Source: Octopus sinensis
Lineage: Eukaryota
Assembly: GCF_006345805.1 (NCBI RefSeq)
Contig: NC_042998.1
Span: 140,244,001-140,308,000 of the forward strand
DNA length: 64,000 bases
Direction of reading: 5' to 3'
Numbering within the stretch: the first letter of the stretch is position 1; every line of letters starts with the position of its first letter. Made by a program: the position numbers and the translations under genes. The notes below the pieces were generated by a model. The model saw nothing but the letters and a program-made list of their open reading frames with translations. It was not told the origin of the DNA and did no database searches. Below are positions 1 through 13,212 of the stretch, piece by piece.

Positions 1-6
1 ATATTA

Positions 7-345
7 TCTGGGAACGGACAAAAGCCCTTTTCAGAGTTATTTATCTGATATCCGATTAGCCTGTTATTACATATCATGATTCACGATTTTGGTATATATA
101 CCTTATTGGTATTTCCTCCTAAGTTCTATATACTCTGGGAAGGCATTAAAGCCCTTTTCGAGGCTACTTTATTTGAATTCTTACTATTGGGTAACTAATT
201 TCATGCTATTATGTAACTGACTTCACGATTTGGGTATTCATAACTTATTGAGAATTCCTAAAAACAAGATCCTGTATAAGATAGTTCGGTATTCTCTGTA
301 AATGCACAAAAGTCGTTTTAAGAGTTACATACTTTTTATTGCTGT
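7..345. repeat. Degenerate tandem repeat, about 3 units of ~130-160 bp
   Basis: Motif TCTGGGAA..AAAGCCCTTTTC recurs at ~7 and ~134, with a diverged copy at ~295. TTCACGATTT(T/G)GGTAT recurs at ~80 and ~222. Confidence 0.5.
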
Positions 346-826
346 TATTGGATTAGCGAAACAATTATGAGAACAGAATCAAGGGATAAGCTCTGTTTTT
401 CCGGGAATTACCAGATACGTCAGCTAGTATATATATAAATTGATGATAAGCAGCTTTCTTTATTACAGTACAGCTGTGACTAATTCAGAGAAACATTACT
501 TTCATTATTGAAACATCATCACTCTCGTAAGGCAACACTTTATAATTTTGGCTCAAGTTGAAAGTGTGAATCCATTTTCACTTACTAATGAGACCTGGTC
601 ATTGTAGAGCAGTGTCTTTCAAATAACTATAACTTGTTTCTTGAGATAACGTAGAAAATATGTAAATGAAAATAAAGTTTATTTGGAAGCCGAAAGATTA
701 CTGAATCTTTTGAAACCCCATACCTCAAACTCGGCAACTCAGTTTTCGAATGCATATGCGATGGATACATGTTTCAAGTTAAGCTAGTACGGGCCTGTTT
801 GTTGTTTTGTTGATTAAAAATTAGGA

Positions 827-1467
827 GGATCTTTACCTTTTGACTTACAAATTAAAAAAAATAATTTTTTGTAACTAAACACTTTCAAACTTCGGACACT
901 GGTAGAATGTGTCATATAAAACATATTTTACTCTTAGCATCTTTGAGAAAAACTTATTTACGAAGTTATTTCACGTTAAAGTTCTCGTATTTCGGTAATT
1001 TCAACCAATCAATGACGTGTATTCAGCTGAATAAAATTATTGCTGTTGTTTGTTAACATCAACTATCGGCGGTGTATATTTTGTTTGTCACTGTTATTTA
1101 TGACATCGTTTGTGCGTTTGTGCTGGATTTAAGGTTTTAGGGTTAAGGTTAGGGTTTTAGGGTTAGGGTTAGGGTTAGGGTTAGGATTTTAGGGTTAGGG
1201 TTATCATAAATAACAGTGACAAATGAAAAATACACCACCGGAAGTTCTTGTTGACAAACAATAGCAGTAATTTTCTTCAGCTGAATACACGTCATTGATT
1301 GGTTGAAATTAACGAAATAGGATAACTTTAACGTGAAATAACTTGGTAAATATAAGTTTTTCTCAAAAAGATTTGTTATACGACACATTCTACCAGTGTC
1401 CGAAGTTTGAAAGTGTTTAGTTACACAAAATTAATTTTTAAATCTGTAGATCAAAAGGTTAAGATCC
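827..1467. mobile_element. Foldback MITE with ~270-bp terminal inverted repeats around a TTAGGG core
   Basis: Arms 827-1103 and 1203-1467 are reverse complements, with termini GGATCTT...AAGATCC. Flanks AATTAGGA (819-826) and AATTAGGG (1468-1475) resemble an 8-bp TSD. Confidence 0.85.
1129..1203 (+). repeat. Interstitial telomeric-type (TTAGGG)n array
   Basis: Four perfect TTAGGG units at 1157-1180, flanked by variant units (TTAAGG, TTTTAGGG, TTAGGA). Confidence 0.9.
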
Positions 1468-1523
1468 AATTAGGGCTTCTAAAGTCAAATAGTTTGGTCT
1501 TTATATATTATATATAGTTGAAG

Positions 1524-1643
1524 TTTCGGGGTCGATAAATTAAGTACCAGTTACGCACTGGGGTCGATGTAATCGACTAAATCCCTTTGTCTGTCCTTGT
1601 TTGTCCCCTCTGTGTTTAGCCCCTTGTGGGTAGTAAAGAAATA
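1524..1643 (+). mobile_element. 5'-truncated SINE (family 1, tail type A)
   Basis: TTTCGGGGTCGATAAATTAAGTACCAG...CCCCTTGTGGGTAGTAAAGAAATA matches many copies elsewhere in the window. Confidence 0.85.
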
Positions 1644-2644
1644 TATATATTATATATAGTTGTAATGGCCATTCTGCGAAGTTATAACTATTTGTTCTGT
1701 GTAGGTGTAAGGATATAAATAAAAAAATACCCTCAAATAAGACGAGTAAGATTATGAGGCAAAGAGGAGACAAATAAACAAATAATACACAATAAGACAA
1801 GTGAGAGAACAAATTTCAAAAAAGCGGAAAAAACAGTACTGAAAGAAGTGTACAATGAAGATAAATACGCCAAGAGAAGTAAAAATATTAAGAGAGGTAA
1901 GAGAACTACACTGCTCGACTTCAATATACCTCTTCGGGTGTCGAGAAAAGAGCAGGATGGCGGGATCTATTAATAATTGACCAGATGGTCTTAAAGAATT
2001 GCTGAAAGAGATTGAAAAATGTTTGCATTGAGTGAATTGATTAAAGCGTACAACCTAGCCCTACACTCCTTAAGGAGATAATAAGCGAGCGTTTACTTAC
2101 AAAATGCGCAGAACCTAAAAGAGAAAGCTGGAAAATGTGGTAAAGAAATCAAACTTTAAAGGAAAGAAATTTCAATTTGTGGTTTTCGAAAGCGCATAAG
2201 GTAAGAGATGTCAAGGACAGCTGGTTATGGATAAAGAAAGAAGTGAAAAAGAAAGCTGAGGGAATAACGTTCGCAGCATAGAAATTGGTGCTAAGAGTAA
2301 ATTGAATCAAGAGAACGATACATCAACAGGGATATTAACTTAAATGTAGAATGTGTGATGATTCAGATGAAACCATAGCTCTCAATGTAGCGGAATGTCT
2401 ACAGTTAGCTCAGATTAAGATTACAAACAAAAAATAATAAAAAAACTAAAAAAAACTCTAAAAAAAAACTGTAGCATAAAATTGCTGTAATAGTTCACTG
2501 GAATTTTTGCAGGAAATTTGATTCTGTGTGAATAGGTAAAAGAAGCTATAACCATTTTGTGGGAATGGAAATGCAACATTTGAAAACGATGAAGTAAGGT
2601 TGTTGTGGGACTTATTTAACAAAGAAAATATCTCAACAGACCGG

Positions 2645-2753
<109 letters not shown>

Positions 2754-2778
2754 GAGAAAGTATATATTGTAATCGACA

Positions 2779-3006
2779 ATGGCGAGCTGGCAGAAACGTT
2801 AGCGCGCCGGGCGAAATGCTTAGCGGTAGTTCGTCTGACGTTACGTTCTGAGTTCAAATTCCGCCGAGGTAGACTTTGCCTTTCATCCTTTCGGGGTCGA
2901 TAAATAAAGTACCAATTTCGCACTGGGGTCGATGTAATCGACTTAATCCGTTTGTCTGTCCTTGTTTGTCCCCTCTATGTTTAGCCCCTTGTGGATAGTA
3001 AAGAAA
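2779..3006 (+). mobile_element. Full-length tRNA-derived SINE (family 1, tail A) with 18-bp TSD
   Basis: A-box-like GGCGAGCTGGCAGAA and B-box-like GTTCAAATTCC. TSD TATATATTGTAATCGACA at 2761-2778 and 3007-3024. Confidence 0.92.
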
Positions 3007-3464
3007 TATATATTGTAATCGACATGGGATGACGATTTGATGCCAGAGTGAAAGGAAAGGAGAAACAAAGGTTGAATAACATATCGGTTTGAAGCTTGAA
3101 ATCCTCAGATGCTGTAACTGAGGAATTAACAAGGTGATGCTGTTGCCGATTATTACGGGAGCCTTGGGAAGGGTGACAAAGGATATGAGATCAAACCTGG
3201 GAAAACCTTGACCTAAATTTGGGAGTAGGTGCAGTGAATAAATCATTTTTTGTAAGTTCAAGTACACTAGCGTAGCTGGATGGGGCGGTCCGACCCGGAC
3301 AGCACTTTTCTGGATACTGCACCACTTTTGGGTCTGCTATGGGCAATATGGTCTTTTGGAGGGTCTCCGGCGGCGGCAAACTGAAAGACCGCCCCGGGTG
3401 GCATACATTCCAAGAGACAGCATCCAGAAAGTCTTCGGAATTTGAATTCATGTTGCTGAGATAA

Positions 3465-3748
3465 CATCGACCTCGACAACGACGGTGAGGACGTCATAAA
3501 GATGTGGATGACAACGACAACATCGACAGAGACGATGAAAATGACGATGACGACAACGACAACGACGACGACGATGATGTTGATGAAGTCAATGACGGTG
3601 GTCACCACCACGACGACCACGAAGACAACAACGATAATGGTATTAGTCATGAACATTATGATTGCATATGGTGGGCGTATTAGTAATGAAGGTATTCTGA
3701 TGATGATGTCAATGAGGAGGAGGACGACGACAAAGATGTTAATGATGA

Positions 3749-3779
<31 letters not shown>

Positions 3780-3850
3780 GAAAGATGACGACTACAGCGA
3801 CGAAGACAACAACGACAATGGCGATGGTCATGGCGGTGGTGATGGTGCAG
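3465..3850. repeat. GAC/GAT/CAA trinucleotide low-complexity tract
   Basis: Direct reading. Confidence 0.85.
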
Positions 3851-4009
3851 AAAAATGAAAGAGAAAATGGAATAAATATTTATTTATATTTAAAAAAAGA
3901 AAAACAAGCAATAAAAAAAAACACCCTACACAATTCAAACTTTTCACTGAATACTTTTTTACAATTCAAACTTTTCTATAAGCGTCAACTATTCATGTAG
4001 ACATTATTT

Positions 4010-4189
4010 TATAGACGTAGATATATACACCCTAATATATATATAAATATATATTTATATATGTATATATATATATATGTGTGTGTGTGTGTGAATCTGT
4101 GTGTGCGCGAGCGTAGGTGTGCGCGTGCGTTCGTGTGAGTGTCTATATAAATAAATATGTATACATACAAAAACAAGCACATATGTCCG

Positions 4190-4225
<36 letters not shown>

Positions 4226-4758
4226 ACTATATACATATATATTATAGATATATTATATATATATAATATATATATATATACTATATACATATATATTTTA
4301 GATATGTATTATATATATATATACTATATACATATATATTTTAGATATGTATTATATATATATATACTATATACATATATATTTTAGATATGTATTATAT
4401 ATATATATACTATATACATATATATTATAGATATATTATATATATATATATATCTATATAGATAGATGCTTATACTACACGTATATATATGTGCGTATAT
4501 TTGTATATATATATATATATGTGTGTGTGTGTATAAACATGTACATACATATACGCACGTACATACATGTATATATATATGTGTGTGTGTGGTGTGTATA
4601 TACATGCGGATACATATATATACATGTACAAGTGAGTGTTTATGTATACATGTATATGAATATATGTTCTTATATACTTAAAAACATACGCACATACATA
4701 CATACATACATATATACACACACACACATATTGCATATACATACGCACATACATACAT

Positions 4759-4793
<35 letters not shown>

Positions 4794-4810
4794 TATTGCA
4801 TATACATATA
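4010..4810. repeat. (TA)n/(TG)n/(CATA)n complex with a ~46-bp AT minisatellite at ~4230-4450
   Basis: ATATATATTTTAGATATGTATTATATATATATATACTATATACAT is repeated several times. Confidence 0.85.
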
Positions 4811-5030
4811 TCACAAAAACGGTGTATCTCCATTTCTTTGATCGTGCCATACTTGAAGAGAATAATAATGTTGGTGAGAACATATAGTTTTATGGAAACA
4901 GGTTAGATTTTAAAAAGATAAAGCCAAACCATAAACGTTATATCTTTACAAACATTTTCAACCGAGCTACTAACATCAGAACAAATTCTGTAATTGTGTT
5001 GCTAATCAACTACTAATTCCTGTAGAGTAT

Positions 5031-5032
<2 letters not shown>

Positions 5033-5079
<47 letters not shown>

Positions 5080-5111
5080 CACTACTACTACTTCTTCTTC
5101 TTCTTCTTCTT

Positions 5112-5157
<46 letters not shown>

Positions 5158-5215
5158 CACCACCACCACCACAACTACTACTACTACCACCACCACCACC
5201 ACCACCACCACCACA

Positions 5216-5246
<31 letters not shown>

Positions 5247-5352
5247 ACTACTACTACTACTATACTACTACTACTACCACCACCACCACCACCACACCAC
5301 CACCACCACAACTACTACTACTACTACTACCACCACCACCACCACCACCACA

Positions 5353-5407
<55 letters not shown>

Positions 5408-5590
5408 GTAATGCTGTTGTTGCTGCTGTTGTTGTTGCTTTTTGTTGTTGTTGTTATTACAGTTATCTCTCAGAAATAGTTCACTAAAATGTTCTGAGGT
5501 TGGATTTGGCTTTTTTTTTTTTTTTTTTTTGGTCAGCAGGTTTCGTTCTTCAAAGCGAACTATTCTATTTTTATTATTATCATTTTTTTG
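5033..5590. repeat. Compound (TAT)n(TAC)n(CAC)n(GTT)n microsatellite
   Basis: Direct reading. Confidence 0.9.
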
Positions 5591-5639
5591 TATTTTTTTT
5601 TTTTTGGTCATGAATTTCATATTTTAGTAATTCATACAT

Positions 5640-5860
5640 TTGCGTGCGTACGTGCGTGTGTGCGCGTGCAAGTATGCGTTTGTTTATGCCCATGTGTTTA
5701 GGTGTGTGTGTGCATGTGTATGTGTGTGTGCATGTGTATGTGTGTGTGCATGTGTATGTGTGTGTGCATGTGTATGTGTGTGTGCATGTGTATGTGTGTG
5801 TGCATGTGTATGTGTGTGCAGAATTTTGTGTGTTAGTGAGCATGTATGCGTTTGAGATAA
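5640..5860. repeat. GT-rich minisatellite, 18-bp unit TGTGTGTGCATGTGTATG x~6
   Basis: Direct reading. Confidence 0.9.
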
Positions 5861-6102
5861 AATATTAATATATCGATTTGTAATATAAGCATAAGACTTT
5901 AGATTAATAAAGGCGGGTGACGTCGGCTGGGAGTGGGGATTGAGGAGGGATCAATGAGATTATGCGGCGACGGTGTAGTTCTCGGTTATATATGGGTGAA
6001 ATGAAATGGCTGACTACCGAGAACCGAAACCGTGATTCGACACGCTACGAATTTTCACATATATATGACTTAGTACTGCTACTGCTTACTACGGTAAGCC
6101 AT

Positions 6103-6485
6103 TGTGGAAGCACTCCGTCGGTTACGACGACGAGGGTTCCGGTTGATCCGAATCAACGGAACAGCCTGCTCGTGAAATTAACGTGTAAGTAGCTGAGCAC
6201 TCCACAGACACGTGTACCCTTAACGTAGTTCTCGGGGATATTCAGCGTGACACAGAGAGTGACAAGGCCGGCCCTTTGAAATACAGGTACAACAGAAACA
6301 GGAAGAGTGAGAGAAAGTTGTGGTGAAAGAGTACAGCAGGGATCACCACCATCCCCTGCCGGAGCCTCGTGGAGCTTTAGGTGTTTTCGCTCAATAAACA
6401 CTCACAACGCCCGGTCTGGGAATCGAAACCGCGATCCTATGACCGCGAGTCCGCTGCCCTAACCACTGGGCCATTGCGCCTCCAC
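6103..6485 (-). mobile_element. Full-length tRNA-derived SINE (family 3) with 12-bp TSD
   Basis: Head GGAGGCGCAATGGCCCAGTGGTTAGGG...GGTTTCGATTCCC on the minus strand. TSD ACGGTAAGCCAT at 6091-6102 and 6486-6497. Confidence 0.92.
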
Positions 6486-6596
6486 ACGGTAAGCCATACA
6501 ACGTTGTATGAGTGAGCTTCAATATAAGAAATGTTAGAAAGCTCGAATCAGTGAAATTAATCTACAACCAAAATATAAGGTTGTCCAAAATATTCT

Positions 6597-7540
6597 TTTC
6601 TACTCAAGGCACAAGGCTCGAAATTTTTTGGGATTAGATCGACTTCAGTACACAACAGGTACTCAATTTATCCACCCCGAAATGATGAAAGGTAAAGTCG
6701 ATCTCGACGGAATTTGAACTCAGAACGATGGGACGGACGTAATACCTATTTCTTTACTACCCACAAGGGGCTAAACACAGAGATGACAAACAAGGATAGA
6801 CAAACGGATTAAGTCGATTATATCGACCCCAGTACGTAACTGGTACTTAATTTACCGTCCCGAAAGGATCAAAGGCAAAGTCGACTTCGGCGAAATTTGA
6901 ACACAGAACGTAACGGCAGACGAAATACCTATTTCTATTTCTTTACTACCCACAAGGGGCTACACACAGAGGGAACAAACAAGGACAGACAAACAGATTA
7001 AGTCGATTACATCGACCCCAGTACGTAACTGGTACTTAATTTACCGACCCCGAAAGGATCAAAGGCAAAGTCGACCTCGGTGGAATTTGAACTCAGAACG
7101 TAGCGGCAGACGAAATACCTATTTCTATTTCTTTACTACCCACAAGGGGCTATACACAGAGAGAACAAACAAGGACAAACAGATTAAGTCGATTACATCG
7201 ACCCCAGTACGTAACTGGTACTTAATTTACCGACCCCGAAAGGATCAAAGGCAAAGTCGACCTCGGTGGAATTTGAACTCAGAACGTAGCGGCAGACGAA
7301 ATACCTATTTCTATTTCTTTACTACCCACAAGGGGCTATACACAGAGAGAACAAACAAGGACAAACAGATTAAGTCGATTACATCGACCCCAGTGCGTAG
7401 CTGGTACTTATTTAATCGATCCCGAAAGGATCAAAGGCAAAGTCGACCTCGGCGGAATTTGAACTCAGAACGTAGCGGCAGACGAAATACTGCTAAGCAT
7501 TTCGCCCGGCGTGCTAACGTTTCTGCCAGCTCGCCGCCTT
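6597..7540 (-). mobile_element. Tandem array of 5 family-1 SINE units (one full head, four head-truncated)
   Basis: Units 6597-6746 (tail B), 6747-6929, 6930-7119, 7120-7305 and 7306-7540 share the junction GACG(A/T)AATACC|TATTTC. Confidence 0.92.
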
Positions 7541-7548
7541 GGTTGTTC

Positions 7549-7800
7549 AAAATATTATTTTCTACTCTAGGAACAAGGCCCGAAATTGTTTGGGGAAGGG
7601 CCAGTCGATCAGATCGACTGTAGTACGCAACTGGTATTTTGGGTTTCTTTACGTTCTGAGTTCAAATTCCGCTGCGGTCGACTTTGCTTTTCATCCTTTC
7701 GGGTCGATAATTTAAGTAACAGATGCGTACTGAAGTCGATCTAATCAACTGGCCCCCGCCCCTAAAATGTCGGGCCTTCTGCTTAGAGTACAAAAGGATT
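7549..7800. mobile_element. Two partial family-1 SINEs (tail B) in inverted orientation
   Basis: A minus-strand tail at 7549-7635 is followed by a plus-strand body and tail at 7646-7798. Confidence 0.7.
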
Positions 7801-7931
7801 GGATCATACCTTGAAATTAACGGATATGTTATCATATTTAACCTCTTCAGTGAGCATATTTTACGTATTTGACAAGATTTAAACTGATACATGCATACAC
7901 ACACACACACACAACACAAACACACACACAC

Positions 7932-7973
<42 letters not shown>

Positions 7974-8084
7974 TATATATATATAATATATATATATATT
8001 ATATATATATATTATATATATATATTATATATATATATATATATTATATATATATATATATATCACGAGACTTACCAGACGATC

Positions 8085-8139
<55 letters not shown>

Positions 8140-8353
8140 AAACGTAAACAAACAAACGAAGTTTGCTGCAGAAGCGTTGAGATGTCTTAGAAAGTTAAAG
8201 AAGTGATTTTAAATTCTCAAACGCAGTATAATGCTAATAATATAGCCTGAACAGAATAAGTTACCCCTATTTTGCAGAAAAGTGTTTTCGGTCGGCTATG
8301 ATATATATATATATATATATATTATTCTCTCTGTGTTTATTTTCTCGTGTTCA

Positions 8354-8387
8354 TTTCTGTTGAAGAGCATAGGCTCGAAACGTAAAA
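8354..8387 (+). ncRNA. Degenerate minimal type-I hammerhead motif in a Penelope-like terminal fragment
   Basis: TTT-CTGTTGA-A-GAGC(ATAG)GCTC-GAAA-CG-TA-AAA. The core has A6 replaced by U; helix III (ACGT) is palindromic. Confidence 0.5.
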
Positions 8388-8408
8388 GACTTTCTCACCT
8401 TCCCGAGC

Positions 8409-8660
8409 GTAGCGGCAGACGAAATACCTATTTCTTTACTACCCACAAGGGGCTAAACACAGAGAGGACAAACAAGGACAGACAAACGGATTAAGTCGAT
8501 TATATCGACCCCAGTGCGTAACTGGTACATAATTTATCGACCCTGAAAGGATGAAAGGCAAAGTCGACCTTGGCGGAATTTGAACTCAGAACGTAGCGGC
8601 AGACGAAATACGGCTACGCATTTCGCCCGGCGTGCTAACGATTCTGCCAGCTCGCCGCCT
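8409..8660 (-). mobile_element. Family-1 SINE plus the stub of a second unit
   Basis: Full head at ~8660; same GACGAAATACC|TATTTC junction at ~8430. Confidence 0.88.
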
Positions 8661-8678
8661 TAGTAGTAGTAGTCGTAA

Positions 8679-8734
<56 letters not shown>

Positions 8735-9296
8735 ATCATGGCAATAGTATGTATATATATCCATGTACACACGCACGCACACCTACACACACGCACACAT
8801 GCACGCACGCATGCATACACACATGTCTGAAGTGTATTGTCCTAAATGTCCTATAAATTCTTTTCTTTTGCTGAAACAGTATAAAATTAAGGGAGATTCA
8901 ATTCTTATTTCTAACAGCACTAGGTACCGCTCTAATGCACTGTCTCTCTCTCTCCTTCTCCCCCTCTCTCTCATTGGCTCCAGTAGAATAATGAGGCTAG
9001 TTGGTGTAAACAAGAAAAAGTCTCTGTGAGATAACATAATAATCAAACTTCAAGAATCATTTGTATGCGTAAAAGGCTTTTTGTAAACCTGCTTTGTATG
9101 ACTCAGATTTATAAAAAGCATGTAAAGAAGGGATTACGAAACAGAGAAAGGAAAAAAAAAACCCACAAAGAAATAATTTAATCCTACAAGTGGATGCACC
9201 GCACTGGAATTGCCTGACTCTTGCAAGATAACATTGAAGAGGAATAAAACTTGTGAATAATCTTCGATCATACAAGACGTGGCTGATCATCTGCGG

Positions 9297-9358
<62 letters not shown>

Positions 9359-9454
9359 CAAAGACTGATGGACAAACAACCACTAAAAATAACAACGATA
9401 ACAATTAGAACAACATCGACAACAACAATAAACAATAAAGATAATAATAATAAT

Positions 9455-9975
9455 TCTTTTTACTAAAGGCACAAGGCCTGAAATTGGGGAAGGGGGTTAA
9501 GTCTATTACATCGACTCCAGTGTTTCACTGGTACTTAATTTATCGGCCTCGAAAGGATTAAAGGCAAAGTCGACCTCTGCGGAATTTGAATAATAATAAT
9601 GATCGTAATTTCTTGTAATATTTAATGAAGGAGTAATAATTACCTGAAATTATTTCCATTTGCTTATTTATTCATTAATCTACGATTAAAGATCCTTCTT
9701 GCAGAACATTGCTGTTATTTAAAAACGTTTATTTAGTATTATTAGAGCTAATCGAAAGGCGATGAGCTGGCGGAATCGTTAGCACGCCGGGCAAAATGCT
9801 TAGCAGTATTTCGTCTGCCTTCATGTTCTGAGTTCAAGTTCCCCCGATGTCGACTTTGCCTTTCATCCTTTCGGTGATCGATGAAATAAGTACCAGTTGA
9901 GTACTGGGGTCGATGTTATCGACTTACTCCCTCTCCCGAAATTGCTGGCCTTGTGCCAAAATATGAAATTAATAT
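9455..9975. mobile_element. Family-1 SINE pair: minus partial 9455-9590, plus near-full 9757-9975
   Basis: Both contain the core GCCTTTCATCCTTTCGG..TCGAT.AAATAAGTACCAG. Confidence 0.8.
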
Positions 9976-11414
9976 TCACACTATAGTCTGTCTATAGTGG
10001 CTTTAGATGCAGTAATAGCATATTGCAGTAATATCAACATTATACTCTCTAAATATTTATCATGTAGTTGCAATATCAAGATTAATTATATACATATGTT
10101 ATTAACACTGGAACCTGTCTTAATATTTATCATATAGCAGTGATATTAACATCAGTAATATGCATACAGAAGGACGCCTGCCTTTAATATCTACCATGCA
10201 GTAGTAATGTTAATATATATTATGCATGTAATAATAAAATTAACACTATACTTTGTAATTAATATGTCATACATTAAGGGTTAGATGAAAAAGATGTGCA
10301 CAGTATAAAAATTATTATTTTTACCGTAGACAATAAGATCACAAATTATGAAAGAGATAATTATATCGTAATTACTATTTGACTAATATTTATTTCATCG
10401 ACCTATGATGAAAATAAATAAATAAATAAATAAAAGGGTTAAGCTGCTCTCGGTGGATTCGAACCTAGAATATAAAGGGGTGTAACTAAATACCGCAAAG
10501 TATTGTAAACAACGTTATACAGGTTCTGAAACCATTTACTTGTAAGTATAATCAATAGTGAGAACTGTCCGCTGTAAGGTCATTAATTCAAATCATATCC
10601 TGGTCAGTAACGTTGCGGGAACAGATGACGGTCCGTCCTGGTCGACGCTTTTATGGGAGCGACCTTTTGGGTCTGCTGTATAAGCCTGTTTAAGGGCGGG
10701 GACCACAAACAAGGGCTGCTCCTGGCGGCACATATACTAGCTTCGCTGTTGATCAAGGTGTTTCTTTGAGCGTATTTTACACTTCATTGTAAAGAATAAT
10801 TACACTGTGTAACACGATTTTTGTCCTTGGGTAACATCTGTTATTTCCTATTTACTTACCCCTAGAAAGTATGAAAAATTGTTAATATTTCCTTCAAACA
10901 TTGCTTTTGTTACATTTATACAAACCCCAAAGAATCCCTCTCAACACATAGCTATGATGCCCTCCCACTACTCCTGCTTGTGATTAGAGATGCCCATACT
11001 AATTACTCTGTCACTAAAGGACATGTTCTAGTGGTTAAGATCAAGCAACTGACAAGCAAATCCGAACAGAATATTTGCTATAACGATATTTCTGCTTCAG
11101 CAATTCAGCGTTGAATCTGTTTGAAATGTAACGGAAAATATGTCAGTTTCAAAATATTGAATGTCCAGGTTACAAAAGCAAAGTTTGAAGGGAATAGTAG
11201 TCATTTCCTTCGATTTCTAGATAGAAGCAAATAGGAAATAACACCTACTGACAAAAACAATAAATAAATAAATAAATAAATAAAAACTTTGTTACACAGT
11301 GTTATCGCTTGTTCACTCAACGCTAAAAACTCAATTTAAAGTCTGGCCCTTAACAGACTCACATGAGATTTTGGAGACACCACTTTGAAGAATTTTAGTT
11401 GTTGGAATTAACCC

Positions 11415-11745
11415 CAGTACTTACAATTTTTAAAAAACCTGGTACTTCTATCGGTATATTTTACTGAACTGCTAAGTTGCGTGGACGTAAACACACTAAC
11501 ACCAGTTGTCAAGTGTTGGTGGTGGTGGGACACAGACACACATATACACCTGTATGTATGTATGTATGTACGTATGTTGTATATACGCTGGGCTTCTTTC
11601 AGTTTCCGTGTACCAAATCCACTCACAAGGCTTTGGTCGACCCGAGGCTGTCGTAGAAGACACTTGCCTAAAATACCATGCAGCGAGACTGAACCCGGAA
11701 CCATGTGGTTGGGAAGCAAACTCCTTACCACACAACCACGCCTGC
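11415..11745 (-). mobile_element. Family-2 SINE (CORE-like core, internal microsatellite)
   Basis: Head GCGCAGGCGTGGTTGTGTGGTAAG and core-like GGTATTTTAGGCAAGTGTCTTCTAC on the minus strand; matches other copies. Confidence 0.85.
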
Positions 11746-11749
11746 GCAT

Positions 11750-11960
11750 TGTCAGATTTGGGAATGAATTTTTCAGATACTTGCCGCAATTCACCTATCA
11801 GCTTACTAAGTACGCACAACATCCATTGAATTCCCAGTTACAGAGGTACCAAGGCCTTCTTAGAAACTGTATGACAGATGTCAATCAAGCGGTAATCCTG
11901 GTAAAATCAGCATCGTCATGTATTCCTTCTGTAGTGGGGCTTTAGAAGAAGGATCCAGGA
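11750..11960 (-). mobile_element. Probable RTE-clade RT fragment
   Basis: Minus-strand SKKALVPL*LGIQWMLCVLSKLI resembles the RT motif DFKKAFDSV..LW..L...KLI. Confidence 0.35.
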
Positions 11961-12019
11961 TAAGCGGTTTATTGTAGAAATCATGATATGTTAATTTTAA
12001 GATTCTCTGTGGATTTATC

Positions 12020-12422
12020 GTTCATCTTTTATTTTCTATTTGTTCCAGTCATGCTCGGACATCGCCTTGAAGAGTTCAGTCGAACAAAACTACCCCAGTA
12101 TTTTTATTTTTTTGAAGTCTGCTACCTACTATATCAATCTCTTCTGCCGAACCGCTAAGTTACGGGGGACGTAAATAAACCAACACCGGTTGTCAAGCGG
12201 TGTGTGTGTGTGTGTGTGTGAATAAAGGGTGGGAACGAATATACACACATATATATACACGACACGATTCCACAGTTTCTGTCTATCGAATTTATTTACA
12301 AAAAATTGGTCGACCCGGGGCTATAACGGAAAATATTTGGTCAAGATGCCACAAAGTGGGACTGGATTCGAAGTTACGTGGTTGCAAAGAGAGCTCCTTA
12401 ACCATACAGCCATGCCTGTGCC
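12020..12422 (-). mobile_element. Family-2 SINE
   Basis: Similar to 61912-62318. Confidence 0.8.
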
Positions 12423-12489
12423 TTCGTCTGAAGAATTTTTCTCATAGAGTTTATTCATGGAATATATTTATCAATATTTCATTTACCAT

Positions 12490-12700
12490 AAGGTAGCGAG
12501 CTGGCACAATAGTTAACACGCCGGACAAAATGATTAATGACAGTTCGTACGTCTTTATGTTCTGAAGTCAAATTTCGCCGAGGTCGACTTTGCCTTTCAT
12601 CCTTTCGAAATCAATAAAATAAGTACCAGTTGAGCACTGGGACCAATGTAATCGATTTCCCCCTACCCCCAAAACTAATGGCAAAATTTGAAGCCAATAT
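12490..12700 (+). mobile_element. Family-1 SINE (tail B)
   Basis: GCGAGCTGGCACAAT head and shared core. Confidence 0.8.
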
Positions 12701-12773
12701 TTCGTTAACAGTCGGACAGTGGAGTGATAAGAACGGTAGAGTGCTATAATAATTGCCTTATATATAAATATTT

Positions 12774-12984
12774 AAATTTAGATAAGCAGAGAATGGAGAA
12801 AACTTTTGATAACAAAGTGACCAACATCGGTTAATTTTTTTTAATACAAAACATAATATAACATTACATTATGTAATGTTATGTAATGTTATGTTATATT
12901 TTCTTCTTAAAAAAGTACTTAACCGATGTTGGTCAATTTCTTTGCTGATCAAAAGTTTTCTTCATTTTCTGCTTATTTAAATTT
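12774..12984. mobile_element. Foldback (MITE-like) element with a palindromic AT centre
   Basis: AAATTTAGATAAGCAG...GACCAACATCGGTTAA is mirrored by TTAACCGATGTTGGTC...CTGCTTATTTAAATTT. Confidence 0.75.
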
Positions 12985-13212
12985 GATTACTGATAAACTT
13001 TTGTTTATTCAGCCTTTTACCTGTACCCTATGAGCATGGGGTACCTTAGATGGTTATTCCAACCGCTAACTCTGCTTACCTTTATATATATATATATATA
13101 AAACCCACCAATCAAACCAAGTAATCCTCCAATAACTAAACTCTGAAAACAAGCCCAAACGTTTAGGACAACACTTAGGAAAATCCTTTGGATAGAGTAA
13201 GGGTTAACATAA

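Noticed and set aside
1129-1203. True chromosome end
   Set aside because: The array is short, degenerate and enclosed by transposon-like arms.
6420-6485. tRNA gene
   Set aside because: The tRNA-like A/B boxes are the head of a SINE with a body, tail and TSD; the same applies to other SINE heads.
7087-7623. 178-aa repetitive ORF
   Set aside because: It is the antisense reading of tandem SINE units.
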